From positions 74,214,001-74,278,000 of the forward strand of contig JANJGN010000003.1 of NCBI GenBank assembly GCA_026770705.1: a stretch of 64,000 nt of DNA, in the 5' to 3' direction. A program made the position numbers and the translations under genes. This document shows, piece after piece, positions 62,241 through 64,000 of the stretch (its first letter is position 1; each line of letters opens with the position of its first letter). The notes under the pieces are model-generated. The model saw only the letters and a program-made list of their open reading frames with translations, did not search any database and was not told the origin of the DNA. The DNA is from Isurus oxyrinchus (Eukaryota).

Positions 62241-64000
62241 GGGTGGAATTTTCCATTCTGGAGACTAAGGGCGGGATTTTCCGCACCTGCCCGCTGCCGG
62301 GATCTTCCGGTCCCACCACAAGTCAATGGACTCCCAGCTGGGGCGCCGTCTCGCCCACAGCTGGTCCCGCCCGTGATGGGGCCAGAAAATCCCAGCCTAA
62401 GTGCAGTGGCAGGCAGGAAAGTCACCGTGTTTCCTGCTGGGAGGCGGGGCAGGAAAACACACGTGATCTTCCGCTTTTCAATCAATAATTATGCATGAGC
62501 GAGAAGCTTGGAAAATCTTGTGGCAGTGTGGCCAGGAAGTCACCTGCCAGGAAGTTACCTAGTGGGGTCAAAGGCTTTGGTACCATATTTAAAGGGCATG
62601 GGGACATTCACTCATTACAGGCCAAGAGTTTCAGGTTACTCCTATGAAGTCCTTATGGCCACAACTCATTTTGAAGAAGTTTGCAAATATAGGCAACCGT
62701 ATCCTGGGACATACAAGGGTGTCTCCAGCATTGCCTTCGGCCCATCTCTAGACAAGAGCACAGCTGGCGAAACACCCATGGTCGGTCCAATGCTTGTCAT
62801 TGCAGTTGTCCATGTTTGCCAGCATCTTGACTTTATAGAGGCCCTGCTGCCTCTTGCTGCTCAGGCCCTTGCTCCTTACAGCCCCGAGCCAACCAGTGAT
62901 GGGCCCTCCTTCTCCTCATCTGCATGAGAGACATTATCAAGGCAGGAGTGCCTGCAGCCTGTATCATCGACACCTCAGTTAATGTGTGAATGAATTGAAG
63001 TGATGCATTTTGTGAGTTTGTCCTTTACAGGTTCCCTCCATCTCAAAGTCAGCAGGCCAGTGCTAAGTCCTTCACCTGGCTTCTATCTACGCGTGGCATC
63101 CCCACATCACCCTTAAAGAGTGTTAAAGTGTATTCTGGAGGACCAGAGATGGCTATTTGCCCCATTCATACATGAATGTGTATGGAGACGTTAATTTTGA
63201 CCAAAGTGATAAGAGCCGAATTGGCTGCTCTCCACCAGCTGTGCCCCTTGGAGGCATCCACCTCCCGCCCTCCCTTTATCCCTGCCTCTGACTGCAGCTG
63301 ATGGCAAATGGCACAGAATGAACGGCAGCTCCACACCTTGCTGGGATGTGGATATTATGAGACACATGAGTCAGGACCAAGCCTGCTGCAGTGCGGGCTT
63401 CACCACAAAGTGAAGATCACAACTGAGTATTGTTGTCATCCAGTTTCCTCGTGATTGTGTCATCCTTTAGTCAGCTAATTGTGCTGACCTTGAAATCCAC
63501 TCACCCGAAAAGACTCCCCTCCCACTTCCAGGCATTGCAGTTTTACATCAAATGGAAAGATGATGCCCGTAACTTTCCAGACACGCTCCACCACCTTCTA
63601 CCTTTTCCATGTCACCCACCAACTTCCACCCATTACCATAGACCCACCTAATATCATCTTTCATCTCCCTTCTGTCATCCCTGACCCTCCCCTCATCATC
63701 CTGGACCCTATAACCATTCACCTCCACATGCATGTCCTCCCCTCAGAGCAGACACCCATTACTATACCCATCTTTATACCAATCCTGATCCTGCCCCTCC
63801 CGTTATCCGAACCACCTGACTTGTTCCCCACCTGATGATATCTTCATCTGCCAGAATCACACCCTGAACCTGCCATATTAACGCAGCCCACTTCCCCTTT
63901 TCACTGTGACTATTCCCTCTTACCACCAGTACCCTGAGTTCACCACCCCAGGACCCCACCATTAACTCCATTGGCTCTGCCCTCAAAGACACTCTCCCTT
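62241..64000. mobile_element. Harbinger-type element (right end outside window) with a Pro-rich ORF remnant
   Basis: Two TIR-like starts, GGGTGGAATTTT (62241) and GGGCGGGATTTT (62268). ORF 63560-63835 is homologous at protein level to 5750-5950 inside the element at 5100-6589. Confidence 0.55.

Noticed and set aside
62508-62927. 139-aa ORF as Harbinger transposase or Myb protein
   Set aside because: No DDE or Myb/SANT tryptophan motifs are visible, and the start is non-ATG.

Overview
Eukaryotic, repeat-dense, essentially non-coding vertebrate DNA. The repeat inventory (CR1/HER1-like LINEs, Deu-domain SINE, L2, Penelope, PIF/Harbinger MITEs) points to a cartilaginous fish (shark). It looks like an intron or intergenic region. 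Almost all ORF-track entries are decayed transposon fragments or noise. No intact host gene is recognisable, only a weak pair of candidate minus-strand exons near 38.8-39.6 kb. The main contents are: a near full-length CR1 LINE; many copies of a second LINE family that starts with a tRNA-like head and apparently has no ORF1; a Penelope fragment with a 14-bp TSD; three solo LTRs; a decayed Harbinger transposase element plus more than 12 related non-autonomous elements; and a 2.5-kb minisatellite with a unit of about 36 bp. Four observations stand out. (1) A co-oriented five-part chimera (SINE head + tRNA-Gly + Deu-SINE head + 5S rRNA + histone H2B) sits inside an L2. (2) Two divergent Harbinger-type elements share an unrecognised Pro-rich heptad-repeat ORF with a clear synonymous-substitution signature. 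(3) The tRNA-headed LINE has a matching head+tail SINE. (4) The Harbinger MITEs carry internal hairpins with a compensatory change and show a Y-NNN-R target preference. Coordinates were read by eye, and family names come from recalled motifs rather than database searches.
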